Source: Lama glama (taxonomy: Eukaryota). Taken from it: a stretch of 63,610 nt of DNA. The position numbers and the translations under genes were made by a program. The DNA lies in assembly GCA_028534125.1 (NCBI GenBank), contig CM052818.1, forward strand, positions 1,676,391-1,740,000. Reading direction: 5' to 3'. Numbering within the stretch: position 1 is the stretch's first letter; each line of letters starts with the position of its first letter. The notes beneath the pieces were generated by a model. The model saw nothing but the letters and a program-made list of their open reading frames with translations, made no database searches and was not told the origin of the DNA. This document shows, one piece after another, positions 51,836 through 63,610 of the stretch.

Positions 51836-53004
51836 TGGAATTAAAATAATGAAAAAGTTCTAGCACATTTTTAGTGGTTGTCATTGTCTCTGTGTTATCT
51901 AAGTAGTTCACGTTCTAACAGAGAGTTAAGTAATGTGGAGATGTGCTTCCAAGAGGTTTAGCGAACCGGCCACCATTCCAGGGCCATTGGCAAGCATAAC
52001 CATCAATAGAATCTCTCTGAGATTTGATTATATGTTATTAGAATCTTTGGTGAAAGGCTCTTTAGGGACAGTTGGTCCATCTCCCATTCTCCAAGCATCT
52101 GCCACCTACACCATAAAAAGACAGATAACAGCCTTTCTAAATCCCCACGATTCTTAAGAAAGAGATCTAAGTTTAGATTCAGAGCATTTTAATATGCCTT
52201 CCAAACTTCCTCGTAAGATGAAACAAAACAAACCATCGACCAAAAATATCAGCTTTGAAAAAACTACCAGCCAGTCTTCCCTTCTCCCCACCTCCAAAAG
52301 AATCTCATCTCTGAGCCAATCATCACTTTCTGATAAGTTTGCAAATTTCCCATATTTGCCTGCCAAGACAGCTGTTAGAAAAGGAGATAGGAGTTCACAT
52401 GAGTAGTTACAGCCACGAACTTCAGCCTGCCAAAACGTGCCTCAATTTCATAGCAGAGCAAAGAGGGAGGACTTTTGACATCTGGATGGAGCTGGAAAGG
52501 CCAGAGGCACACCATCAGGTCAGCACAGTATATCATCCTTGGAAAACCCTGGGAGAAGAGCGAGAGGAAGATTAGAAAACTTTGAAAGGCACTAAGCAAA
52601 CAACAACATTTGTATGATAATGATGACATTCCCCAAGTGTCCCTTTCCTCTCAGACTGTAGTCTCCGCTGAATTCTTTCCCCTTCTATTTAAGGGGAATT
52701 CTTCAAAGACTTCTAGCTTCTCACAGGAGGAGGTCATAATTCCCACTTTCCTCTGTAGGCAAATGACAGGTAAATTGTTAAATTTGGATCACGCCGTAGG
52801 GAACTATACTGTGGAAACTTAAAAACCTCAATGAAACAGATTCTTAGAAGGTCATCTCTTTCAGCTCCCTACTTTCATAGATTTATAATGGAAAATGATC
52901 TCAGACAAACGTCCAGCATCTTAACCAGTATTCCAGATCTGTTGAGATCTGTCTCCAGGGATAGCGTATCAACTGCTTTTAAATTAACCTATTCCAAAAC
53001 GTCA

Positions 53005-53960
53005 GTCAGTCAGTCAACTAGTTCTGAATACTTAGCATATGTTATGCACTGCAGATACAGCATGAAAGCCACAGGCCCTCCCTCCATGGAGTTTACAATT
53101 CTAGAAAATGAAACAGGCAGTATGTGATGATATGACAGACGCTATAAAAGGGGAAGTCTAAATTATGGAAGTATAATTTAGGGTTACCTAGCCTAATCTG
53201 AAGGAGTTGGAGTTGGCTTTTGTGAAAAAGTGACATCTGAACTGAGTCTTGAAAATGAAGGGTGACAAAGATTGGAGCATTTGAGAAACTGAAAGAGTGC
53301 AGTATCTTTCAAGCTTAGTGAGATGGATAGAAGATGAGTTTGTAGACAGGGCATGGGTCATGATTTTGTAGACTATATTAAATTTTTAATATTTTAAAAG
53401 TTATCAGAAAAACAGTAAGCCATTGATGGGTTTTAAGCAGGGCACTGATGTAATATGATTTCTTTTAAATAACTCTAACTACAAATTGAGAGGGAGAGAA
53501 GGGGAGAGAGAAAGACAGAAAGAAAGGAAAAAAGAGGAAGGAAGGAAGGGAAGGGAGAAACCTTGAACTGCTATAATAGCAATCGAGATAAAGAAAACTG
53601 AATGGATGAGAAAGAAGTAGAATTGACAATATTTGGCAAAAGATTGAGAAGCAGAGAAGAAGAATCAAGGATGATGTTGAATGTGGAAACCATGAGTTCT
53701 AAGAAGGCTGTGTTTTGTTTGCTCAGATACATTTTGTTTTGTCATTGTATCTTTAGTATATAGCATATATGCGATACTTAAACAACTTTTGGGTGAATAA
53801 ATGAACACATGATCATACATCCATGATTCTAGCTTGAGCAGTTGGATTGAGGGTGATGGTATTTATTTAGATAAGGAACAGAAAAGGAGGAAAATATTTA
53901 AGGGGAATATGAGTTCAATTTCTTGATTATTCATGTCTAGTGATTATAAAGAGATAGGGT
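53005..53960 (-). mobile_element. L2 LINE 3' region
   Basis: 'ccctccatggagtttacaattctag', 'gtgacatctgaactgagtcttgaaaatgaag', 'aagccattgatgggttttaagcaggg', 'aagaatcaaggatgatg'. Confidence 0.8.
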
Positions 53961-53989
53961 AGGTATAAAACAGAAACATTTCACCTTTT

Positions 53990-54320
53990 AAAAAATTAAG
54001 GCCATTGTTTAAAGAAGTTTTGGTTTTATGGAAAAATCAATCAGAAAGTACAGAGTTCCCACATGCCTTCTCTCCTCTCCCTGCCACAGCTTCCTCTATT
54101 ATTTATATCTTGGGTTAGTGTGGTACATGGTACATTTGTTAAAATTGATGAATGAATATTGATACAATATTGTCAACTAAAGTCCATAGCTTACATTAGG
54201 GCTCTCTGTTTTGTACATTCTCTGGGTTTTGACAAATGTGTATAATGACATGTATGCATCATTAAGTGTCGTACAGAATAGTTTTCCTGCCCTAAAAAAT
54301 TCCCCTGTGCTCCACCTGTT
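53990..54320 (-). mobile_element. L1MD/L1MC-type 3' end
   Basis: 'cagaaagtacagagttcccacat', 'caactaaagtccatagcttacattaggg', 'gacaaatgtgtataatgacatgtat'. Confidence 0.85.
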
Positions 54321-56182
54321 TTTCTGTTTCTGGTTTGTTTCTTTTTTGCAGTTTCTATTTCTCTGTTGAACTTCTCATTTTGTTCATGCATTGTTTTCCT
54401 AATTTTGTTTAGTTGTCTGTGCATTCTTGTAGTTCACTGAATTACTTTTAGAAGATTGTTCAGAATTCTTTGTTAGACCGTTCATAGTTGCCCATTTCTT
54501 TAGGGTCAGTTTCTGGGGCTTTATTCTTTGCCTTTGGTGATGTCATGTTTACCTGATCTTGGTGATCCTCATATCTTTGTGTTAATATGAGTACATTTGA
54601 GGAAGTGGCGTTTTCCATACATGACATGTTCCCTTGTCCATGAAAAGCTCACCAATCAGCTCAGCTTGGTGTTCTGAGCAGATCATCTGATCACATTTGT
54701 GAGCAGGCTGGGCTTGATCTGGGGGTCTCCAGTTGCCCGTGTTCTATGATTTCAAGGGAAGCGTGCCACTGGCTGGACTTCATTGACTCGGAGGGTCTCC
54801 TGGCTCTGCCCCCCATTCATTCAGAGCCACTGTCTGCTCACTGGGTGGGTGGAGCCATGCTCTGTGGTCGGGGTGGGGGGCCAGTAGCTGGACTTACAGT
54901 CAGCTGTGGTTGGACAGGGAAAGAGGCTGTGCTCCTGGGCAGGACGCCACCACTAACCGGACACTGTGATTGGGCAGGGCTTCATTTTGGCTCTGCAGCC
55001 ATTCCTAGGCAGGTGAGGCCTCAGGCTGTGCTCCCCGTCCTGGTGGTACCACTGGCTGAACTCCGAGTTCAGGTAGGCTCACAGGGAGGGCTTCACAATA
55101 GGGCAGTGCTTCAGGCTATGCTCTGTGATCGAGTGAGGTTACAGGCTGTGCACTAAAATTGGGCAGAGCTGCAGGCTGGGTTCCGTCATTGGAAAGACGG
55201 CTGACTGTGCTCCACTACTGCGTGGGGTTGCAGGTCAGGCAAGGCCTCCAGCTGTACCAGGCGGTTGGGTGAGGACAGAGGCTGAGCTTGGCGATCAAGC
55301 AGTGTTGCTGTCCAGATTCTCTGCTCAGATGGAACTGCGGGCTGTCCACGATTGGGTGGGTCGCTGGCTGCGCCTCCTGCCTAGGTAAGGCTGCAGGCTG
55401 TGCTCAGCAATTGCGTGGGGCCGTCAGCTGGGCTTAAACACTTCCTAGGATCACTGTTGAAGCTCGCCGGTCAGGCCGGCCGGCAGTTTTGCTCGGCAGT
55501 TTAGCAGGGCTGCTGGCTTGCCTCCTCCCCCGAGAGGGGCTGTAGGATTTGCCCTTTGGCTGCCTGAGGTCTCTGGCTATGCTCCCTGGTCGGGCAGGGC
55601 TGAGGCTCCGCTCAGAAGTTGGGTGGAGCTGTTGACTTGCTTTCCTGTCCAGTTGGTGCTCTCAAAAGGGCTCCCCAGCCAGTACAATTCATTTACATGG
55701 GGGTGAAAAACAAGCCGAATTGGCACACAGCTATGTAAACAGGGAGGGTCACTGGCAGGGATCTCTGCTGAGTGCTGCCACTGCCAATAGGAACATGATC
55801 TGCCAAGATCCAACTGCAGGCTGCTTTAAGCCACACCCTCTCCTTCATCTTCGTCTTACCCCCATGGTCTCCCAGGAATCGTCCATCGATGCTGGGCAAA
55901 CTGGATGTTCACCTTAGGCTCTCTTTTTCCCACCAGAGAAACCAAAAGCCCGAATGGGCCCTCTCAGGGTGCTACTGTGCCAGCCTGTGGGAAGGGTGAT
56001 ACATTCAAAGCGAAACCACTCCTCTTCCTCTTCTAATGTGGTCCTTCTCTGTCTCTATGTCCAAGAGGATGCTTCAGCCTTTCCTTGGATTCTGGGATTT
56101 TCACAAAAGTGTCTTGTCTTTGGATAGTTGTCAGTTAGAGGGAACTGAAGTCAGAGACCACGTATTCTGCCATTTTGTTGAC
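54321..56182 (-). mobile_element. 5' end of a second L1 (GC-rich 5' UTR with degenerate repeats plus ORF1 N-terminus)
   Basis: ORF 'RQLNKIRKTMHEQNEKFNREIE' is an ORF1p coiled-coil remnant; ends at 'tattctgccattttgttgac', the reverse complement of an L1-start-like 'gtcaacaaaatggcagaata'. Confidence 0.75.
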
Positions 56183-58140
56183 CTTTCATTATTCTTTTAA
56201 TGTAAGTGGTATCAATAGTGTTAGCCCCACTTTCATTTCTGATAATAGTAATTTGTGTCTTTAGTCTTCTTTTCTTAGCCTAGCTAGAGGTTTACAAATT
56301 TTACTGATCTTTTCAAAGAACCATGTTTTCATTATTTTATTTATTTCTTCTTTTCAATTTTATTGGCTTCTTTTCTAATTTTTATTTATTTCATTTTCCC
56401 ACATATTTTATATTTAATTTGCTCTTATTTTTCCAGTTTCCCTTGGTGGAAGCTTTGATTATTAATTTTAGTTTTTACTTCTTATCTGATATACTCATTC
56501 AATGCTATAAATTTCCCTCTGAGAACTACTTTGACTGCATCCCACAAATTTTTTTAAGTTGTATTTTACCTTAGTTCAAAATATTAAATTTCTTCTGAGA
56601 CTTCTTGAGTAGTGTTACTTAGAAGTGTGTTGTTTAATGTCCAGGTATTTGGGGATTTTGCAGCCATCTTTCTGGTTTGGGTATCTTGTTTTTGATACCT
56701 AGTGTGGTCTCAAAGCACTCTTTGTATGGTTTCCATTCTTTTAAATTTGTTAAGATATGTTTTATGACCCAGAATGTGGTCAGTATTAGTGAGTATTCCA
56801 AATGACTCTGAGAAGAGGTGTATTCTGCTCTTGTTGGATGATTTTTTTCTGTAAATATCAATTGGATCCACTTGATTGATGGTGCTGTTCAGTTCAACTA
56901 TTTCCTCACTGATTATCTGGCCACTGACAACGTCAGTTACTGATAGAGGTATGTTGAAGTTTCCAATTATACTAGTGGATCTGTCTCTTCTAGTATTTTA
57001 GTTTTTGCCAAACGTATTTTTATGCTTTGTTGTTTAAGTCATATATTTTAATAATTGTTACGTCTTTTGGAAATTTGACCTCTTCATCATAACGCAATGT
57101 CCTCTTTATTCTTGATAATTTTCCTTGACTCTGAAGTCTGCTTTGTCTGGAATTAATATATCTTATTCCATCCGTTCACTGTTAATCTGTCCAGTCTTTA
57201 TATTTAAAGTGAGTTCTTACAGGTAACATATAATTGGATCTTTCTAATTAATCCACTTTGTTAGTCTTTATCTTTTAACTTTTATGTATGTCATTTACAT
57301 TCAAAGTGATTACTGATATAGTTAGATTAATATGTACCATATGTGCTGGTGTTTTCTACTCTTTGCTCTTGTTCTGTGTTTGTTTTTTGTTTTCCTTTCT
57401 TTATGCTTTCTATGGTTATAATGGAACATTTTAAAGATTACTTTTTCTCCTCTCTTATTGTATCAGTTATACTCCTTTTTTTAGTGGTTGCCCTAGAGTT
57501 TACAATATAAATTTACAATGACTCCAAGTCCATTTTCAAATAACAGTATCTCTTCACAGGTAGTGCAAGTTCATCATAAGAAACTATTCTCAGTTTCTCT
57601 CTCCTGTTGCTTAAAATATTACTGTCAGTTTATTTCACTTACCATGAGCTATATATAATTGCCTAATACATTGTTGCTGTTATTGTTTTGCACAAACTGT
57701 TAGATCAATTAAAATTAAGAAAATCAATTTTATATTACCTTATTTCTTCTCTAATGCTCTTTGTTTAGAGCTGATTTTCTGATGGATATCATTTTCTTCA
57801 TTTCTTAAGAACTTCTTTTAAAATTTCTTGCAGAGCAGGACTACTGGCAACAAATTCCCTCAATTTTCATCCTTCTGAGAGTCTTTATTTCTCCTTGACT
57901 TTTGGAGGATCATTGAACCTAGGTATAGGATTCTAGGTTGACAGGTTTTTTCTTGCAACACTTCAGATATTTCATTCAACTCTCGTCTTGCTTGCCTGTT
58001 TTTCTTTTTTTAAGAGAAATTCAAAATATTTCTTGCCCATATTTCTCTATAGGTAAGGTGTTCTTCCCTCTGACTTTTTTCAAGATTTTCTTTTTGTCTT
58101 TGATTGTTTGCAGTTTGAACATGATATGCCTAAGTGTGTT

Positions 58141-58146
<6 letters not shown>

Positions 58147-58185
<39 letters not shown>
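58147..58185. repeat. (TG)19 microsatellite
   Basis: Perfect dinucleotide run. Confidence 0.97.
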
Positions 58186-58187
<2 letters not shown>

Positions 58188-58363
58188 CCTGGAGGTGTTC
58201 TCTCAGCTTCCTGTATGAGTGGTTTGACATCTGTCTTTAATGTTGGAGAATTCTCAATCACTGTTACTTCAAACATTTCTCCTATTCCTTTCTTTCTTTT
58301 CCTTCTGATGTTCCCATTACATATGTGTTACACCGTTTGCAATTGCCCCCTAGTTCTTAGATA

Positions 58364-58644
58364 CTGATACACTCCACTTTCTGAAAGTTTGTGTTACACC
58401 ACTTTGCTCTTACAAAAGACCTACATTAGTACTTGTTTTCACTAACTGAAAGAAATCTGAAGGGGATTTTGGGTTTTATAAATTAAAAAAAAAAATCCTT
58501 TACCGTACCAATGAAGGTCTTTCATAAAAACAAAGTGTCAAGATGCAAACTTTTGAAAAGCAGCGGATACTCTTCATTTTATGCTGTTTTGGCTTATAAA
58601 CGTTTCCAGTGGAGTGCTCTGCTTTCAGATAGTGGAGGGACCTG
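58364..58644. mobile_element. TcMar-Tigger non-autonomous element (MER82-like) inserted in L1
   Basis: TA on both sides (58362-58363, 58645-58646); inverted ends; host L1 rejoins as 'ttcttagata|ttcagttc'. Confidence 0.75.
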
Positions 58645-59601
58645 TATTCAGTTCTTTTCCCATTTTCTTTTCTCTTCACATTTCAATTTGGGACGTTTCT
58701 ATTGACATTTCTTCAAGCTCACTGACTCTTTCCTCAGTGTAGCCAGTCTACTGACAGAGGCATTGTTCACTTCTGCTCCAGAAGGTTTTTGGATTTCTAG
58801 CATTTCCTTTTGATTTTCTTCTCAAGAGCTTTTAGCTTTCTGCTTATATTACCCATCTAGCATTACTGTAAGTAGGATGCTAGGTGCTGTCCACTTTTCC
58901 CGTTAGAGCCCTTAGCATCCTAATCATAGTAATCTTATTCCCAGTCAGATAATTTCAACATTTCTGTCATATATGAGCCTGTTTCTGATGCTCGTTCTGG
59001 CTCTTCAAACTGTGTGGCTTGCCTTTCAGTATTCTTTGTAATTTTGTTGTTGTTGTTGTAAGTCAGGCATGATGTACTGGGCAAAATAAACGGAGATAAA
59101 TATGCCATTAGTGTGAGGTTTTGTGAATATCTGGATAGGAGTTAGGCTGTGTTTACTGTTTGCCTTAGACGTGCAGGAGGCTAAAATTTTCTCTGGTGTC
59201 CTTGTTTTCGTCTCCTTTGTTGTCTTTGGATTTCCCTAGAAACTTCTTTTTCTTTAAATGACACCTGAGAGATGGTATTCTTTCCGTTACATTCCTTTTT
59301 ATTATGCAGGAGCTCTACTGATATGGTCATAGGTGTGGGGAGGAGGGACGTGTTCTGTAGTCCTAGTGTTTGGTCTCAGTCCTTCAGTGAGCATTTGCTC
59401 CTGGCATGTGACCTTCACACGGGCATCTCAGCCCTCCCCACCCACTTTGATGAAATGGGAAGGCTAGAGTCCAGTGTTTTCCTTTCCCCAGGACTGTTAG
59501 GCTCTGATAAAAGCCCCAGTTAGGTTCTTGTAAAATAGTTTTTCTTGCAAGTAAGCCTTGCTAAGAACAGAATGCTCTGGGGTTATTTCAAAATGACTAC
59601 T

Positions 59602-59772
59602 GGAAATAGCTACAGAGTTTCTCTTTGGAGTGATGAGTATATTCTAAAAGTGATTGTGGTACTTGGTGCACAATTACGAAAACATCCGAAAGACCATTGA
59701 ATTGTACACTCTGAGTGGGTGAATTATATGGTATGTGAACTGTATCTTAGCTGAACTGTTTTAAAAAAAAAA
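59602..59772 (+). mobile_element. L1MB-type extreme 3' end with poly(A)
   Basis: 'gtttctctttggagtgatga...accattgaattgtacact...gggtgaattatatggtatgtgaactgtatct'. Confidence 0.85.
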
Positions 59773-60429
59773 ATGCTTCCTCAAGTCCAAAAGTGAGAGA
59801 AAGTTATGTTTCCTTCTTTCTGTGGCCTTGGCTCTCTCCTGCCTCTTCTCCACCCACGCTTCGAGTCAGTAGCCTCCAAGGAGCACTCGGTTTACAGCCC
59901 CGGCTGCCACAATGTCAACCCCTGTAGAAATATGTTATGCAGAGCAGAAATCACCAAGTCATAGTATGTGAAGTCCGACACAAACTGGCAATTACACAGA
60001 CACTCCGAGGTCAGGCAGGGGGCGAGGGTAAGAAGAAGGACAAGTTGACTCTGGAACGTGTTTAACCTCTCTTTGCCATGTGGCTTGATTCATACTGCCT
60101 TTCTTCATGTGCAGTCAGCTTTCCAGTTTTGTGTGTGTTTTGTTCATAACCTATATGTTGGGTTCTTTGCATATTTTTATGCATATCTATTGACTCTTTG
60201 TGCCCCTGTAGTACTTGGCCTCTTTTTCTATTAAATTTGTTTTCTTAGAAATTTGCGTATGTACGTTTTCAACTTCATGATAATATTCTCCAAGAGAAAA
60301 GTGTATGTGGCCAATGATAAGCATCATTGATCGGAAGTAAAGGAGATAGCGTCTCAGTGACCAGATCCCTGTCACACAGCGCACGTACTTCCCTAGATTG
60401 AACTTGGCATTTACTCCTCTCGGTGATAT

Positions 60430-60536
60430 ATTGAACTTCAGGGGTTTAACAGTTTGCATTCCCACTGCTTCACATACTGCCTGACCCCTCATATATGCGC
60501 CATAAATATTTATGAATGAATGAATGAATGAATGAA
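60430..60536 (+). mobile_element. L2 3' terminus with (GAAT)n tail
   Basis: 'cataaatatttatgaatgaatgaatgaatgaatgaa'. Confidence 0.55.
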
Positions 60537-60985
60537 CTGCCTGCATAGCCTCCACCAAACACTGATGCTTTTACTCTCTGCTTCTCTCCGGGAGCCACTA
60601 GGCCTTTTTCTTTTCCAAGCCTACCTTCCTGCCTTGAAATCTGAGGAAGGATTGAAGCTATTTAGAGCTTATGGCCATGTCATCTTGCTACCCAGCGAGT
60701 AGAAAATCACAGAAGAAGAAAAGAAAAGCATTACTGCTCTTTCTGTGTTTAAATATAACACTAGTAATCTGTTGTTGATAGTGATCGGAGCCAGCTCTGA
60801 CTTTGCCAAAGAGCGGTGGAATCACCTGAAATTGTGTCGGAGAAATTGAGATGCCTGTGGTCTCCTGAATTTTGACGTCCCTCTTTGCTTGCCATCCCAC
60901 TGTATATCTGTTTGCACTAGACCTGGCTCGGTGATAGTTAAGTCAAAAGTTGCCAGGAAAATAACCAAATCTTTTAAGACTCTTC

Positions 60986-61048
60986 TGCTGAGTCATAGAA
61001 ATTCCAGCCACTTTGCCTGTGGAATAGCATCGCTAATTGATTGAGTCA
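60986..61048. promoter_or_regulatory. NF-E2/NRF2 (ARE/MARE) motif plus AP-1 motif
   Basis: TGCTGAGTCAT at 60986-60996 and TGAGTCA at 61042-61048; motif match only. Confidence 0.4.
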
Positions 61049-62189
61049 TCATGGGCCAAACATGTCAAAACAATTCAAAGGCAGGGACAATGCTGGTATG
61101 AAGTGTCCAGGGGATTCTGCAGAGCCTAGGAATACTTGAATGTATTGGTAGCTGCCTTGCAGGAAAGTGTGTTGAAAGCTAACATTGTATTTGAAAACCA
61201 AATATTCAGTGATTTTGGAAGTCTGAATTCAAGTCAGTACAGACCAGTCAGTGCCAGGATGTGACTTCCTTCCTCTTGCCCTCAGAAAAGTTTTTTCCAA
61301 GCTCAGAGAAAACCCTGAATGTTCAGACCATTTCATCTCCTCTTACATGTAGTAGCCTGACATTAGCCCTGTTCTCCAGCAGCTATGCAAATAAAGCATA
61401 AATCGACACCGACTATGCTGGTAAGCAAGCAGTGGTACCGAAGGGATTAGGTACTTCGTTTGCCAAGAGGCTGCATGATCCGGTCAGGAGAGAAGCATTC
61501 TTAGTAATTTTGGTCCAGTTCAAGAATCTAAGGGAAGTAAGTTTACTCTTCTAGACCTCAATCTTCATTTCCATGAAATATGAGTAGGAATTTTTTCTTC
61601 TTAGGAATAGTCAGCATAGTTAATACAGCATTTGTTAGTTGCTTTAAGCTCTGTCATCAACTGATATCTGTTAAGCGCTTTGGTTTGGCTGTGTTAGCCT
61701 GAAAGGGTTTATAGTCCTCTTAAAGGAGGGGTGAAATATACTGACAGAAAGATAAGCCATGATCCTAGGTAGTGTGTGATTAATGCTATTTAAGTGGTAC
61801 AAGCATTGGGAAGAAGAAGTGAGAGCAGAGGCTGCAATGCTGTGGAAGGGCTGCCTGGAGAGACCAGGGGCTTTAACCACGCAGCCAGGGGAGCAAGAAC
61901 TGCACTGCAGACAGGCGCACAGCTCATCCAAAGAGCATGGCTGGGAAAGAGGGCTGGAGTAAGGGAAGTTACAAACTGAAATCCCCATACGCCTGTGAAG
62001 TGGGATTATTATGTTTCACTCAGTTTCTCGATAGCACCGTTTAGAAGCTATAGTTATCAATTCTACCTGACTGTCCCAGTCCATTTTGTTTAATAAAGAA
62101 ATTATCATTCCACGGTCATGCGATCTTTAGAGACTCTTGGTCCCATTGTAGCTTTTTTTAAGGGCATCATATTTAGTAAGGTTTCTTTC

Positions 62190-63230
62190 CCTGATTATAA
62201 AAGTAATACGTGTTTGTTACAGAGAATTTGAAAACTATAGACAGTTATCAATCTGAAATAAAATTGAGACATTATTTACATAGATTTGTCTCCTGCATTT
62301 TCACTTAATATCTTACGAGCATCTTCTTATATTATCAAAAACTATATAAATATTATTTTTTCTATTCCACCCTAGGGAATATAATTTTTAACTATTTTTC
62401 TCAGGTTAGACATTTAGATTATTTCCAGTTTTAGCCTAGTGTAAATAACACTATGATGAACATCCTGTGCATATATCTTTGTCTAGATTTTCTGGTTAGT
62501 TCCTTAGGATTGATTTCTCCAGAAGTAGAAATACGAGGATAAACATTGTGAACACTTATGGCTCCTGATGTATATTAACAAATTGCTTTCTAAAGTAGTT
62601 TTACCAATTTACATGTATAGTACATGAACAGGCCATTGTCATCTCACTATGACCAGGATTAAATATTCTGTTTATAAAAATCTTGGCTAATTATGATAGG
62701 CAAAAGTTATCTCATTGTTTTAATTTGCCTTTCTTTGATTGTTCTTAAGGTTAAACATTTTTTAATGTTTATTAGACATTTGTGGGATTTTGTCTGTGAA
62801 TTATCTAGTAATGTCCGTTAGCTTTTACCCATATTTACCCGTGTCTCATAGGAGCATTACATTCTTAGCAGTTGTAGTTCTTCATATAGTAAACCTTGTA
62901 TTTCTTTGTCATACTTACTGACAACATTTTCCCTGGTTTCTTTGCCTTTTGTTTTTATCTTTTTTATATACTGAAGCTATAAGTTGGCAGATAATATTTT
63001 GTAATTTTTCGTATTACTTTTATTCTTCAAAAGTCCTTCCATAATCAGAAATAAGACTAAGACCTCCATTTCTTCTTTATTGTTCCCTTTTAAAAAGCAG
63101 ATTGTAAATGCATCTAGAATTTATTTTGGAGAAAGCTGTGAAATTAGGATTTAATTTATTTTTGTCTCATGTGGTGAATGTTCCCAGTATCGTTGTTGTT
63201 TAATCCATTTCCCAGATTTGGCAATCTGGT
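62190..63230 (-). mobile_element. Old L1ME-type 3' region
   Basis: 'gttagacatttagattatttccagtttt', 'gatgaacatcctgtgcatatatctttg', 'tctcattgttttaatttgcctttctttgatt'. Confidence 0.8.
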
Positions 63231-63257
63231 CTTAAATTTACGGTGGCGTTACTACTT

Positions 63258-63308
63258 AGAGATAGAGAGAGAGAGTGAGTGAGTGTGTGTGTGTGTGTGT
63301 ATGTGTGT
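63258..63308. repeat. Compound (GA)n/(GT)n microsatellite
   Basis: Seen directly. Confidence 0.9.
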
Positions 63309-63610
63309 CATCATGGGAAATAGGACATTGGGAAAGTTGGGAAAATCTTGCGCCATGTTAATCGAGAACTAGATCCTATTTTCAGCGGGAACTTTTAAAT
63401 CAAACATTCTCAGTGGGTTTGATTTTACCAAGTTAACATTAACTGTTTTATTCTTTATCTCTCTCCAGCTGTTCTCACTGATGGGAGAAGCTTGTAACTG
63501 TTTTCTTTATCGACTCCTTTATTTTTACCATTACTCTCTGACATATACCTCTAAGACCTGTTTCTTCATTCTTAGTAATGTTATTTTTATTCCTGCTTTC
63601 ATTCATAGTG

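Larger units (their letters stand above)
56185..59595 (-). mobile_element. Old L1 (L1MD-like) ORF2 N-terminal region, ORF1 and 5' region
   Basis: Remnants 'HPTRAEYT' (endonuclease) and 'RHIMFKLQTIKDKKKILKKVRGK' (ORF1p). Confidence 0.85.

Noticed and set aside
54746..55156. 136-aa GC-rich ORF
   Set aside because: Lies in the antisense L1 5' UTR; GC richness explains the lack of stops
1..63610. Minus-strand bias of long L1s as evidence for an intron of a plus-strand gene
   Set aside because: Several L1s, including all three young 3' ends, are on the plus strand, and candidate exons occur on both strands, so host gene and orientation cannot be inferred
1..63610. CRISPR arrays, prokaryotic operons, NUMTs, processed pseudogenes or endogenous viral coding sequence
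   Set aside because: None seen; the sequence is mammalian repeat-rich DNA, though very diverged relics could be missed without a database search

Overview
Mammalian genomic DNA, very probably camelid: three copies of a tRNA-derived SINE match my recollection of the camelid Vic-1-type SINE, there are young L1 3' ends, and I saw no Alu, Bov-tA, PRE-1 or CAN-SINE. The window reads as intronic or intergenic sequence, roughly half of it transposon relics (L1, L2, CR1/L3, MIR, MLT1/MLT2 LTRs, MER5/MER8/MER58/Tigger-type DNA elements), with three assembly gaps. I recognise no host protein-coding gene or RNA gene; the only recognisable ORFs are L1 ORF1/ORF2 remnants. I found no convincing new biological system. 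The best leads are modest: a 5'-inverted young L1, a young L1 with an apparent short 3' transduction, a CpG-enriched GATA/KLF/TATA cluster with a downstream splice donor near 45 kb, a perfect NF-E2/NRF2 element beside an AP-1 site near 61 kb, a CTCF-like site and a few splice-signal-bounded candidate exons. Repeat names come from remembered consensus sequences, and boundaries of old elements are approximate.
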